From a virus (lineage: Duplodnaviria; Caudoviricetes), in the IMG/VR virus record IMGVR_UViG_3300016667_000302, positions 1 to 37,867 of that record: a stretch of DNA of 37,867 bases; one strand, written 5' to 3'. The translations under genes and the position numbers were made by a program. The notes under the pieces were generated by a model. It saw only the letters and a list, made by a program, of their open reading frames with translations, made no database searches and was not told the origin of the DNA. This document shows, one piece after another, positions 1 through 7,777 of this stretch (position 1 is its first letter; each line of letters opens with the position of its first letter).

Positions 1-123
1 TCATTCCGCTGTCATGACCTTGCTTGATTCGTAGAATCGTTTTTAAGCCTATCCTCGTCGCTTTGATGGCTTGCTTGGCTCAACCACATCATCCAGATCT
101 TCAAGATCTTGGCTTCATCACCA

Positions 124-162
124 CAAAAGACAAGAGGCAGACCCGATTGGATCTGCCCCTTG
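124..162 (-). terminator. Intrinsic terminator at the end of the replication operon
   Basis: Minus strand CAAGGGGCAGATCC-AATC-GGGTCTGCCTCTTG: 14-bp stem with 2 G.U pairs that form only on the minus strand, followed by TCTTTTG. Confidence 0.7.
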
Positions 163-223
163 AACACACAACACAGAATGAACAACAACTCACTTCATCC
201 CACTCAACCCTTCGGGTTGCAAC
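124..223 (-). ncRNA. Candidate G/U-rich antisense sRNA or 3' UTR element
   Basis: 5' hairpin CAACCC-GAA-GGGTTG, unpaired GTTGTTGTTCATTCTGTGTTGTGTGTT, then the terminator. Complementary to C/A-rich leaders plus AUG of several genes in this genome. Confidence 0.4.
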
Positions 224-373
224 CTATTTCTTGCGCTTGTTTGCTGCTGCTTTCGCTTTCTTCTGAACTGAGTACGCAATGGCAACTGCCTGCTTCTGTG
301 GCTTCCCATGCTTCATCTCAGTACTGACATTCTTGCTGAATGTCTTCTGCGAATAACCTTTCTTCAATGGCAT
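224..373 (-). CDS. Small Lys-rich phage protein (49 aa, not in ORF track)
   Basis: Hand translation MPLKKGYSQKTFSKNVSTEMKHGKPQKQAVAIAYSVQKKAKAAANKRKK. Strong SD AAGGAGGTGA overlaps the helicase stop. The KPQKQAVAIA motif is common in small phage proteins. Confidence 0.85.
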   Translation of the reverse strand: MPLKKGYSQKTFSKNVSTEMKHGKPQKQAVAIAYSVQKKAKAAANKRKK

Positions 374-378
374 CTAAA

Positions 379-1599
379 TCACCTCCTTTCACTGAACGAT
401 GCAAACTTGCCCTCAAACAGCAGGTCACAACCCACACCTGACTCTGCATTCCGCTGGGCAGGTATCTGGACATTCTTGTACTCGTCACCATTCTCACTCG
501 GCTGGACTGACCACACTGCTGTTGCATCCTGACCGATTGCCCTACTCTCTCTCAACCTGCCATCGTCGTTCAACTGACTCAAGGCTACCACTACACACCC
601 AAGCTCAAGGGACAACAACCTGAGTGTTCTTGACACTTCTGCTACCTCTCTTTCCCGGTTGTCTCCCCTGCCAATCTTAGGGCCTCTGACTAACTGGAGG
701 TAATCCACCACAAGCATGGTGAGAGGCTTTCTGGCATGACTCATCCTCGCTGCTGCTGCAATCTGGTCAATGGTATAGACGTCATCTCTGATCTCCAGCT
801 TCCACACTCCCATCCTCATGCCAGCCTCAACCAAGCTTCTATTCTCATGCTCCTTGAAGTTCCTCGTATACATGGAGGAAAGCGGAACCCTGCTTTCTCT
901 CGACAGCATCTTCTCAACAACATCCCCCTGTGGCATCTCCAATGAACAGATCAGGACACTACCTCCAGCTTTACAAACCTCTGCTGCGTAGGAGATTGCG
1001 AGTGTGGACTTACCACCCTTGGCCTGGGCAGCAATGACAACGTAGTCACCCATCCTGACTGGGCTGATCCTGTCCAGAGAAGTCCATCCGGTTCTTACGT
1101 CTCGGTCAGTTCGCTTATCCTCAAATGAGCATATGGTTGTCTTGATCAACTCCCTGATGCTCGCCGGTCTGCTTACAGTAGGCCTAGAAACCTGCTGGAC
1201 CAACTCACCAATGTGGGTCAGCGCAACCTCCTTCCCTTCCTCACTGGCGATTCTTGCGGCTTCCTGACAGCCCCTAATCAGCTTCCTTCTGGCAGATGTG
1301 TCAACCACTTCACCAAGGTAGTGTTCCGCCGCTGAAGGGACAGCAGAGCAGGTCACAATCTGCATCATCCTGTGTGGGTCAACAACACCCTTGAGTTCAC
1401 CACCGATAAGGATGGCATCAACCGGCTTCCTTTGCCTCCATCGGTCCAAAGCGACAGCAACAACAGCTCCAGTGTCCACCTGGATGAACGTATCTCGCTC
1501 AACGTGATGTCCAATCAACAGGGGGGCTACCTTATCAGGGGCAGCAAGCAAACACGATGCTAGGGCATCTTCAGCGTCAGGGCAGGTTGGTACGTTCAT
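379..1599 (-). CDS. dnaB: DnaB-like replicative helicase
   Basis: DnaB N-terminal pattern (PDAEDALASCLL), Walker A AQAKGGKST, SLEM, VVDYLQL, LSQLN, LRESRAIGQDA, QRN. Confidence 0.95.
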   Translation of the reverse strand: MNVPTCPDAEDALASCLLAAPDKVAPLLIGHHVERDTFIQVDTGAVVAVALDRWRQRKPVDAILIGGELKGVVDPHRMMQIVTCSAVPSAAEHYLGEVVDTSARRKLIRGCQEAARIASEEGKEVALTHIGELVQQVSRPTVSRPASIRELIKTTICSFEDKRTDRDVRTGWTSLDRISPVRMGDYVVIAAQAKGGKSTLAISYAAEVCKAGGSVLICSLEMPQGDVVEKMLSRESRVPLSSMYTRNFKEHENRSLVEAGMRMGVWKLEIRDDVYTIDQIAAAARMSHARKPLTMLVVDYLQLVRGPKIGRGDNREREVAEVSRTLRLLSLELGCVVVALSQLNDDGRLRESRAIGQDATAVWSVQPSENGDEYKNVQIPAQRNAESGVGCDLLFEGKFASFSERR

Positions 1600-2042
1600 A
1601 CCCTAACCCCAACCATTTGAGCGACAGACCTAGCTGGCACCCACTTCCTAGCCCGGTCAACTTCACCCTGCCAGTTGTTAAGGAGGGTCACGACATCCCT
1701 TCGACGGTAGTCGTCCTTAGCCTGAATGGTAGCTGAGTAGTACCGATCAAGCGCAGCAATCTCATCGTCCATGGGTTGTAGGTCCAGAACGGCTTTCAAG
1801 GCTTTCATCTCCTTGGCAGACCACTTTGTAGTTGCTCGTCGGTTGAACCAACGTCCCACCATGGCCATGATCTCGTCTTTCCTTGGTTGCCCTTGGAGAC
1901 AGAACACCTCCTCAACCTGAATGGATTTCCTCACCCATTCGCACAGCAGTTCAACCCTTCTTACTGTGTCTCCATCCTCCCAGCATGGGATTCGTGAGAA
2001 TACTTTGTCGTACTTGTTTAGTATCTGTTCGATTTCGTTCAT
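1596..2042 (-). CDS. Putative replication initiator / helicase-loader-associated protein
   Basis: Immediately upstream of and coupled to DnaB. The C-terminus (RRRDVVTLLNNWQGEVDRA) resembles phage replisome-organiser C-terminal regions. Positional inference. Confidence 0.5.
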   Translation of the reverse strand: MNEIEQILNKYDKVFSRIPCWEDGDTVRRVELLCEWVRKSIQVEEVFCLQGQPRKDEIMAMVGRWFNRRATTKWSAKEMKALKAVLDLQPMDDEIAALDRYYSATIQAKDDYRRRDVVTLLNNWQGEVDRARKWVPARSVAQMVGVRV

Positions 2043-2971
2043 TGTGTGTTGTGTTGGAGTTTTTGAAGCAAAACCATAAATGCTTTCTCTGCTGTAGCTG
2101 GAACAACTCCGTTGCCTAGAAGTCTGAGTTCATCGGTCCGATTGTCACAGGACTCGCACAACTCGGCATAGTCCATCCCACCGGTAGTCCCATCAGGGTT
2201 TCCACCCAGCGAGGATTCAGCTTCCAATTCTGCGTCCGTTCCACCATCGGCGTCAGCTCCTTGTATTCCCGCCCCTCCTGACCACGTCCGCTCTTGTGAT
2301 CCCTGGCAGTTGGCGTTGCCCACGACTCTAGGCGGCTCCCATGCGTGCTGGGGTTCGCCAGGGCGGCTTGGCCATTGAGTTCTCCACGTCTCGCCATCGC
2401 CGATAGGCACTTGCTCTGTTGGCTCTCGCCACCAATCCGGTAGCTGTCCTCGTTCGCCGTGACGGTAGGCCAAGATAAACACCCGCTTTCGCTGGTGAGG
2501 CGCACCGACTTCAGCCGCGCTGAATATTCCCCACGCAACTCTATAACCCATTCCGACCAAATCTTGGATGACGTTGGACAACCCCATGCTGATATGTCCT
2601 TCGACGTTTTCAAAGAAGCAGAGTCTGGGGCGCATAGCGCGAATTCCATCTGCAATCCAAGGCCATAGGTGTCGTGGGTCGTCCTTCCCTCGCCTGAGTC
2701 CGGCTCCGCTGAATGGCTGGCAGGGGTAGCCTCCAGATAGGATGTCCACCAGTCCTCGAAACTTTGCCCAAGGGAATGACTTGAGATCACTCCAGATCGG
2801 AGCCGCATCAAGTTGCCCACCTTCCATTCTCGCAAGTAACACTTCGCAGGCGAAGGCTTCGATCTCCGCATAAGCGATTGTTCGCAGGCTTTTGATGCTT
2901 CGCTTGAGTCCAAGGTCAATGCCTCCGTACCCGGAGCAAAGGCTGATATGAGTTGCTTTGGTAGTATCCAC
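2039..2971 (-). CDS. C5-cytosine DNA methyltransferase, catalytic (alpha) chain
   Basis: Motif I SLCSGYGG, IV GGYPCQPFS, VI FFENVEG, VIII HQRKRVF, X LRLLGNGVVP. Motif IX is missing in this frame. Likely GTG start at 2971. Confidence 0.92.
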   Translation of the reverse strand: MDTTKATHISLCSGYGGIDLGLKRSIKSLRTIAYAEIEAFACEVLLARMEGGQLDAAPIWSDLKSFPWAKFRGLVDILSGGYPCQPFSGAGLRRGKDDPRHLWPWIADGIRAMRPRLCFFENVEGHISMGLSNVIQDLVGMGYRVAWGIFSAAEVGAPHQRKRVFILAYRHGERGQLPDWWREPTEQVPIGDGETWRTQWPSRPGEPQHAWEPPRVVGNANCQGSQERTWSGGAGIQGADADGGTDAELEAESSLGGNPDGTTGGMDYAELCESCDNRTDELRLLGNGVVPATAEKAFMVLLQKLQHNTQ

Positions 2972-2973
2972 AT
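2116..2973 (-). CDS. Methyltransferase beta chain in an overlapping alternative frame (supplies motif IX and TRD-like segment)
   Basis: LNPRWVETLMGLPVGWT is motif IX, with WPT/WATPTARD segments upstream. The ATG at 2973 overlaps the upstream gene's TGA (TGATG). Same arrangement as M.EcoHK31I alpha/beta. Confidence 0.8.
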   Translation of the reverse strand: MWILPKQLISAFAPGTEALTLDSSEASKACEQSLMRRSKPSPAKCYLREWKVGNLMRLRSGVISSHSLGQSFEDWWTSYLEATPASHSAEPDSGEGRTTHDTYGLGLQMEFALCAPDSASLKTSKDISAWGCPTSSKIWSEWVIELRGEYSARLKSVRLTSESGCLSWPTVTANEDSYRIGGESQQSKCLSAMARRGELNGQAALANPSTHGSRLESWATPTARDHKSGRGQEGREYKELTPMVERTQNWKLNPRWVETLMGLPVGWTMPSCASPVTIGPMNSDF

Positions 2974-3428
2974 CAAACAGGATCAACTTGCTTCTTCTCC
3001 TCAAACTTCATCTCAGTGTAGGCCACACCTGATGTCACCTTCACGATATGGTTCTCCATCTTGAAGTGTTCGTCAGCCCACTTCTTCTTTGCAATAGCCT
3101 CCCACAACTCACCAACAACTGCATTCGCCCAGAACTGCCCCTTGCTGAAGTAGCCGATTTGGTAACTGCTTGTGACAGTGCTTTTCCGATCTAAGACCTG
3201 CTCGTTGGTTAGGACTGAGTTGTCAACCCAAGGCCTTCCAGTGTTTCCGTGTGGCCTATAAAAGATGATTCTTCCACAAGAGAAGTGTTTCCATGCCTTC
3301 CATCCATCGGTTTCTGCTGTCTCAAGCTGAACCCTGTAATCCTCATAAGGCATTGTGTTGCAGCTCAACTCCATCCTGTCCCATCCAGGCTCCCCTGTGG
3401 CCGGGTGGCATACGTTTAAATGGATCAT
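2973..3428 (-). CDS. Hypothetical protein
   Basis: 151-aa ORF with overlaps at both ends. Confidence 0.7.
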   Translation of the reverse strand: MIHLNVCHPATGEPGWDRMELSCNTMPYEDYRVQLETAETDGWKAWKHFSCGRIIFYRPHGNTGRPWVDNSVLTNEQVLDRKSTVTSSYQIGYFSKGQFWANAVVGELWEAIAKKKWADEHFKMENHIVKVTSGVAYTEMKFEEKKQVDPV

Positions 3429-4066
3429 ACTTCTTGTAGTTGTGATTTGCCATTGAGAATGGCAACAACCCTCTTAACCGTAGCAGTGCTTTTGCCTGTT
3501 ATCTTTGATGTTTTCCTCAATGAGATGCCATGGTTTATGCACTCAACAATGTCAGAGTGCTTATTAAGCCTTTGCTCCTTAGACTCAGTTGTGCCCTTTG
3601 GTCTGCCTAATCGAACTCCTCTTTTTTGCGCTGATTCCATACCAGATTTCACCCGCTCTGCTATAAATCCAGACTCCATTTCAGCGTACAATAATGCTCT
3701 ATCAATTCTTGCCCGCTCAAACATATCAGGACTGTTTGCATCCAAGAACCGCAATCCATCAGACAGAATAACTACCTCTGCCTTCCCTGCGATTTGAGAA
3801 AGGAAATGTTCAGCTACATCAACCCTTCTGGCTATCCTGCTAGCTTCAATGCATAGCAGAGTGTTTGCAGCACCAAGCCTAATCATTGCTTCGACTCCTT
3901 TAAGGCAAGCCCTTTCATCATAAGGCAAGCAACCAGACCCAGTCTCTGTAACTACTGCGACAACATTGATCCCATTGTTTCTAGCAAATGCATGAAGTTC
4001 GGCTAACTGCCTTTCATGGTTCTGCTTTGGTGTGGAAACCCGTGAAAAGATGATGCCGTTCTTCAT
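3425..4066 (-). CDS. Small serine recombinase (resolvase/invertase family) with C-terminal HTH
   Basis: FSRVSTPKQ (catalytic Ser), ETGSG, EASRIAR, AEMESGFIAERVKSG, LGRPKG, then HTH GISLRKTSKITGKSTATVKRV. Confidence 0.93.
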   Translation of the reverse strand: MKNGIIFSRVSTPKQNHERQLAELHAFARNNGINVVAVVTETGSGCLPYDERACLKGVEAMIRLGAANTLLCIEASRIARRVDVAEHFLSQIAGKAEVVILSDGLRFLDANSPDMFERARIDRALLYAEMESGFIAERVKSGMESAQKRGVRLGRPKGTTESKEQRLNKHSDIVECINHGISLRKTSKITGKSTATVKRVVAILNGKSQLQEV

Positions 4067-4248
4067 ACCTCTTCAACCTCCGCGAGAATCTCCTCCATCT
4101 TCCTGAGCCTCTGGTCCCTTTGCTCTTGGTAGTCTGCCGCCAGCCCACGCTTCTTGAGCCAGTTGAGTAGTGCTCGATCAGTCTGCTGGCATTTGAATGT
4201 CTTTGGTGGAGTCCAGTCCACCCGGTCTAGTGCTTCGTTGGTTTTCAT
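4063..4248 (-). CDS. Hypothetical protein
   Basis: 61-aa ORF with C/A-rich leader and ATGA overlap with the recombinase. Confidence 0.7.
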   Translation of the reverse strand: MKTNEALDRVDWTPPKTFKCQQTDRALLNWLKKRGLAADYQEQRDQRLRKMEEILAEVEEV

Positions 4249-4270
4249 GTGTTGTGTGTGTTAAACAAGA

Positions 4271-4501
4271 TTAGCTTGCAGTATTTACTGGAACTTCTGT
4301 GCATTTAATTGCTGTTGTGATCCTTACAATCTTCCAGTCATAGTATGGTTGACTTTTCTTGAGTTGATTAAGGCGTTCAATCGCCTCATCGCGGTCAGTA
4401 TAATTATAACATCCGCACCAGAACTGTTGATTCTCAAATGTTCCAACCGAGAAGTCGTCTTGAATGCGAGATCTGGTATCTAGGTATTCTTTAAAGTTCA
4501 T
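4271..4501 (-). CDS. Hypothetical protein
   Basis: 76-aa ORF with C/A-rich leader. Confidence 0.7.
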   Translation of the reverse strand: MNFKEYLDTRSRIQDDFSVGTFENQQFWCGCYNYTDRDEAIERLNQLKKSQPYYDWKIVRITTAIKCTEVPVNTAS

Positions 4502-4518
4502 TATGTTGTGTGTGTTGG

Positions 4519-4779
4519 TTATGGCTTGAGGGAGGGTGCTTGGTTGTACGGGCCTGAGTGGATTAATGTTCCATTCTCCCAGACCTCAAAGAGAGATGGT
4601 TTGGTTGTGTGGTTCCAGCGAAAAGTGAGATTCTTCGCAGATTTTCTTTCGGCCAACAGGTGGATGGCAGCGTCAATGGCTTCTCCAACATCTTTTGGGT
4701 GTGGTTGCTCAACAGAATCATCACCCCTGCGCCATTGGTTGTAGTTCTTCAGAAATGCAACAACCTGATCAGCAGTCAT
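4519..4779 (-). CDS. Hypothetical protein; C-terminus paralogous to 14671..14823
   Basis: Start refined to ATG 4779 (SD AAGGAGGAG). Contains NQWRRGD and WNHTTKPSLFEVW motifs. Confidence 0.75.
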   Translation of the reverse strand: MTADQVVAFLKNYNQWRRGDDSVEQPHPKDVGEAIDAAIHLLAERKSAKNLTFRWNHTTKPSLFEVWENGTLIHSGPYNQAPSLKP

Positions 4780-4948
4780 CTTGCTCCTCCTTCTTGGTGA
4801 TTTCATCCAACACTTGGTACACTTCTTCCCCACACCAGATGCACCTACGCGCCCCACAGTCTCCATCCCGGCAACCGTGGAGGTCGTGATTAGTGCACCA
4901 GTCGTGGAGGTCGGAATCTGTCATAGAAACTAGGTCAGCGCGTGTCAT
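4769..4948 (-). CDS. Small Cys/His-rich protein (59 aa, not in ORF track)
   Basis: MTRADLVSMTDSDLHDWCTNHDLHGCRDGDCGARRCIWCGEEVYQVLDEITKKEEQDDC. SD AAGGAGG, and it fills the gap between neighbours. Confidence 0.65.
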   Translation of the reverse strand: MTRADLVSMTDSDLHDWCTNHDLHGCRDGDCGARRCIWCGEEVYQVLDEITKKEEQDDC

Positions 4949-5189
4949 GCTTCCTCCTTTGGTTGATATTTTCCAGCAGGTTGCTAATAGCGGCAGCTAT
5001 TTCCTGCTGGCCATGAACTTGGTGGTAATCAATGGCCTGCTCAATGCATGACATGATTTCATCTCTCTCCATCCTAGCCTCATCCCGCTCGCGTTCGAGG
5101 CTCTTTGCTATTTGAGCGAACACCCATGGCGTCCAAGGCATTTCTTCGGCTGAATGTGTGGCTAAGTCCGTCTCCGGTGTATCACTCAT
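4935..5189 (-). CDS. Hypothetical coiled-coil phage protein
   Basis: SDTPETD...LERERDEAR pattern, SD AAGGAGG. Confidence 0.75.
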   Translation of the reverse strand: MSDTPETDLATHSAEEMPWTPWVFAQIAKSLERERDEARMERDEIMSCIEQAIDYHQVHGQQEIAAAISNLLENINQRRKHDTR

Positions 5190-5425
5190 GCTTCCTCCTT
5201 CCGTGCTTTCATCATAGCGTCGGCAACTTCTCTTGCAGAAGCCACATACTGGTCAACCTGCTGCGGCCAAATGCGCTTCTCGTCCATCAGTTTGTGCAAG
5301 GCCACGGCGGCGAAAAGATCTTTCAGAGTCTCGTCAGACAACGTGACCTTCATTTCAACCGTTTTCAGAATATGCATTGGTTGTGCGATTGATGGGGATG
5401 CGATGCTGATTTCGTCGTCACTCAT
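5186..5425 (-). CDS. Hypothetical protein
   Basis: Start refined to ATG 5425 (ATGA overlap, SD). DLFAA...AREVADAMMKAR pattern is common in phage small ORFs. Confidence 0.75.
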   Translation of the reverse strand: MSDDEISIASPSIAQPMHILKTVEMKVTLSDETLKDLFAAVALHKLMDEKRIWPQQVDQYVASAREVADAMMKARKEEA

Positions 5426-5733
5426 ACTTCCTCCTTCACAAAGCACCCGTTAGGAAGCAGCGTTCCTTTGCGATGCTTGATCTGCTCCCACGCTTCATTG
5501 AGACACTCCCCAAGCGTCCACCTCTTTAGGGCGCACAGGTTGATCAAGCAGACGACAACGTCACCGATTGCGTCTTTCATTTCGTCATCACGGCCTTTGG
5601 CTGTAGCGTCCGCCAATTCACCCATCTCTGATACTGCTTTCAGTACCTGAGATTCAGGCTTCGCATTGGGGATGATTTTCCTGTCCTTTGCCCATCCAAT
5701 GATGAGCACTTCCAGAATGTTCAAGTCTTTCAT
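5422..5733 (-). CDS. MazG-like NTP pyrophosphohydrolase
   Basis: KAVSEMGELADA and DAIGDVVVCL acidic helices, C-terminal IKHRKG...GCFVKE. Confidence 0.88.
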   Translation of the reverse strand: MKDLNILEVLIIGWAKDRKIIPNAKPESQVLKAVSEMGELADATAKGRDDEMKDAIGDVVVCLINLCALKRWTLGECLNEAWEQIKHRKGTLLPNGCFVKEEV

Positions 5734-5900
5734 TCTTCGTGTGTTGGATTAAGGTGGCGTTTCAGCTCCCGGTTCTCTCTACAGAGTGCGTCGAGATTTG
5801 CAAGCAGGGATTCAAAGAACCAGATTGGCACTTTGATCATCTGATGCTGATGGTGACAGGTGGGCTGCTTTTCTTCTTCGTCTTGTGTTGCGTCAAACAT
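5730..5900 (-). CDS. Hypothetical protein (56 aa)
   Basis: Start refined to ATG 5900, overlapping both neighbours. Confidence 0.6.
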   Translation of the reverse strand: MFDATQDEEEKQPTCHHQHQMIKVPIWFFESLLANLDALCRENRELKRHLNPTHEE

Positions 5901-6657
5901 AGATCTCGATCTCCTTGGTTGAGTTGTCGTAGCCGGGCCAATCCTGGATGGTGATACATTCCTTGACCCTATCGAGATCCAGTCGGATCTGTTGGATAGC
6001 CGTTTGGATGCATCCTTTGGCGATGCGGAAAGCCTGACAGGCATATGGAGCCTCTTTCTCCACTGCCAAGAACGTGAAGTCCCAGCAGCCTGTCACCATG
6101 CCATAAAATGCAGCCTGACGAGCGTAGCCGAATGCTTGGCATGATTTGGCGAAGGATGCTGCGCTGGCATCCTCAGTCGTTTTGATGTCGATGATCTTGC
6201 AGCTCATGCAGTCAATGCGAGCCTTGAGAAGTAGGCCGGTTGATGGGTCTTTCCTGAACACTGACACCTCAGTGCTTCCAGCCATTATTTCCTTGCCCAA
6301 TGGATGCTCATGCACGGCTCCTGCAATGGAGGTGATCCTTTCAGCATCTTCAAGGTCAATAACTGGCAGAGTTTGAGCATCCCTCCATGCCTTGCCTTCC
6401 TTGGTGTTGAACTTCATCCCCTCTGGGCGAATGACGTAGCCTTTGGGCCTGTGCGTCTCAAGGATGGCTTGATGCACCAATCGCCCAAACAGAAGGGCTG
6501 GACTGTCCTTATGTTCAGGATTTTCCAAGGCATTCAAGTAATGCCTAGGGCTACGCCTCATCAACTTGAGGGTTGAGTTATTTATCCCAGGTGCAGACCT
6601 GTAGATCTCTTCAGGAAGACCGTAGTAAATGCCTTCCGTTGCTGGTTTCCATTCCAT
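5893..6657 (-). CDS. RecE/exodeoxyribonuclease VIII-like PD-(D/E)xK nuclease
   Basis: NSTLK..RSPRHY, ALLFGRLVH, EVSVF, LKARID, IDIKTT, YARQAAFY, AVEKEAPY. Confidence 0.9.
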   Translation of the reverse strand: MEWKPATEGIYYGLPEEIYRSAPGINNSTLKLMRRSPRHYLNALENPEHKDSPALLFGRLVHQAILETHRPKGYVIRPEGMKFNTKEGKAWRDAQTLPVIDLEDAERITSIAGAVHEHPLGKEIMAGSTEVSVFRKDPSTGLLLKARIDCMSCKIIDIKTTEDASAASFAKSCQAFGYARQAAFYGMVTGCWDFTFLAVEKEAPYACQAFRIAKGCIQTAIQQIRLDLDRVKECITIQDWPGYDNSTKEIEIYV

Positions 6658-6836
6658 GTTGTGTGTGTGTTGTGCGCCCCCGGACGACGCTGGGTTTGCC
6701 GGACTAATATTTTGTGTGTGTGTTGCGAGGCTCAGGCTGCCTCTGGTTTCCTGACTGCGAAAGTGGGATGGGCTTTTATGCGCTTACCCATCGGGCGATG
6801 TCTTAACCAGGGAACCCCGGCGCAATACCCAATTTG
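6658..6836 (-). promoter_or_regulatory. Structured non-coding leader upstream of the RecE-like gene
   Basis: About 180-nt gap in a dense genome, with several hairpins and two C/A-rich tracts. Confidence 0.4.
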
Positions 6837-7190
6837 TCACTTCGGATCGGTAAGGTAGACTTTCAGGCCTTGTTGTCCATCCGAAAGTAGAGAAAAAAAC
6901 GCATCTGCAGGAATCGTCACCAACCAAGGGCAATGGTTCTTCCTGTGGGCAACCACTGGAACCTTACCCCTCCCATCCCGGCGAGCCTGGTCCATTGCAT
7001 CCTCAAGGTTGAGCCGTTCTACCCTTTTAACCTCGAAGTGGATGATGCTTGCCAGCTCTTCACAGATAACATCAGGGCTGTCTGCCCCGCCAGAGAACTG
7101 CTGTCCCCTGCGGGCTGTGTAGCCCGCTGAACGGAGTTGGTCCCTCCATTCCCTTTCTCCTGTCGCGCCTTTTGCTCTACTGTTTTTCAT
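6837..7190 (-). CDS. Holliday junction resolvase-like PD-(D/E)xK nuclease
   Basis: SRAKGATGERE, SPDV, HFEVKRVE, PVVAHRKN..PWLV. Confidence 0.85.
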   Translation of the reverse strand: MKNSRAKGATGEREWRDQLRSAGYTARRGQQFSGGADSPDVICEELASIIHFEVKRVERLNLEDAMDQARRDGRGKVPVVAHRKNHCPWLVTIPADAFFSLLSDGQQGLKVYLTDPK

Positions 7191-7777
7191 CAGAAGGGAA
7201 TGTCGTCTGAAGCAAGCGACTCTTCAGTGCCGGAATCAAACTCAGGAGCCATTGCCAGCTTCTCCTGAAGCCAGCCCGGCATCGACTGGAACAAAGCGGT
7301 TGATCCTTGGGTGACGCTGTAAAGCACTACATTGTTCTCTGGTGCAGGAGCGTCGATTCCTTCCATCAAAGGGGCAACACCCTTGAACTTGGCACGAGTG
7401 ATACCATCAGTACCTTTCTCGTGTAGAACAGTGGCCAGCACGGCTTTCCCGAGCAGGGTCTCTACGTCGAGGTTGTCGGCCTCTTTGTCCTGCAATGCCC
7501 TGCCAAGAAGTGCTTCTGCAAACCCTCGAAGGTTTCCTTTGCTGTACATAGTAAAGCCCAACTCCTTGTGGATTGCCATGGGCTTACTGACTCCATCGAA
7601 GTCCGCCCGCTTCTTGGGAAGCTCAAACGACAGGCGCAACTTGCGTTGCCGTTTTTTCTCGCCGGCAAACTCAGTAACTTGAGTCCCCATGTCGATCATG
7701 GAGTAAAGGACTGCCAGATGGGTGCCAGCAGGGACGAGGACCTTTGGTGCGCTAGGGATTGGTTTTGGTGCTTTCAT
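7190..7777 (-). CDS. Putative single-stranded DNA-binding protein
   Basis: VPAGTHLA..YSMIDMGTQ N-terminus and acidic SSB-type tail DDIPF. Confidence 0.7.
   Translation of the reverse strand: MKAPKPIPSAPKVLVPAGTHLAVLYSMIDMGTQVTEFAGEKKRQRKLRLSFELPKKRADFDGVSKPMAIHKELGFTMYSKGNLRGFAEALLGRALQDKEADNLDVETLLGKAVLATVLHEKGTDGITRAKFKGVAPLMEGIDAPAPENNVVLYSVTQGSTALFQSMPGWLQEKLAMAPEFDSGTEESLASDDIPF

Noticed and set aside
1-120. Terminal repeat or gene at the left window edge
   Set aside because: No repeat shared with the right end was visible and only very short ORFs are present, so circularity cannot be judged.
194-202. TGGGATGAA shared between the sRNA candidate and the tRNA-like loop (32412-32420)
   Set aside because: A single 9-mer match in 38 kb is compatible with chance.
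178-327. Plus-strand ORF starting at ATG 178 behind a C/A-rich leader (MNNNSLHPTQ...)
   Set aside because: It is antisense to a well-supported 49-aa gene, has no recognisable motif, and would be the only plus-strand gene. It is kept only as the alternative explanation for the sRNA finding.
3425-4066. Integrase indicating a temperate prophage
   Set aside because: At 213 aa it lacks the recombinase and zinc-ribbon domains of large serine integrases. No att sites, CI-like repressor or flanking host genes were seen.
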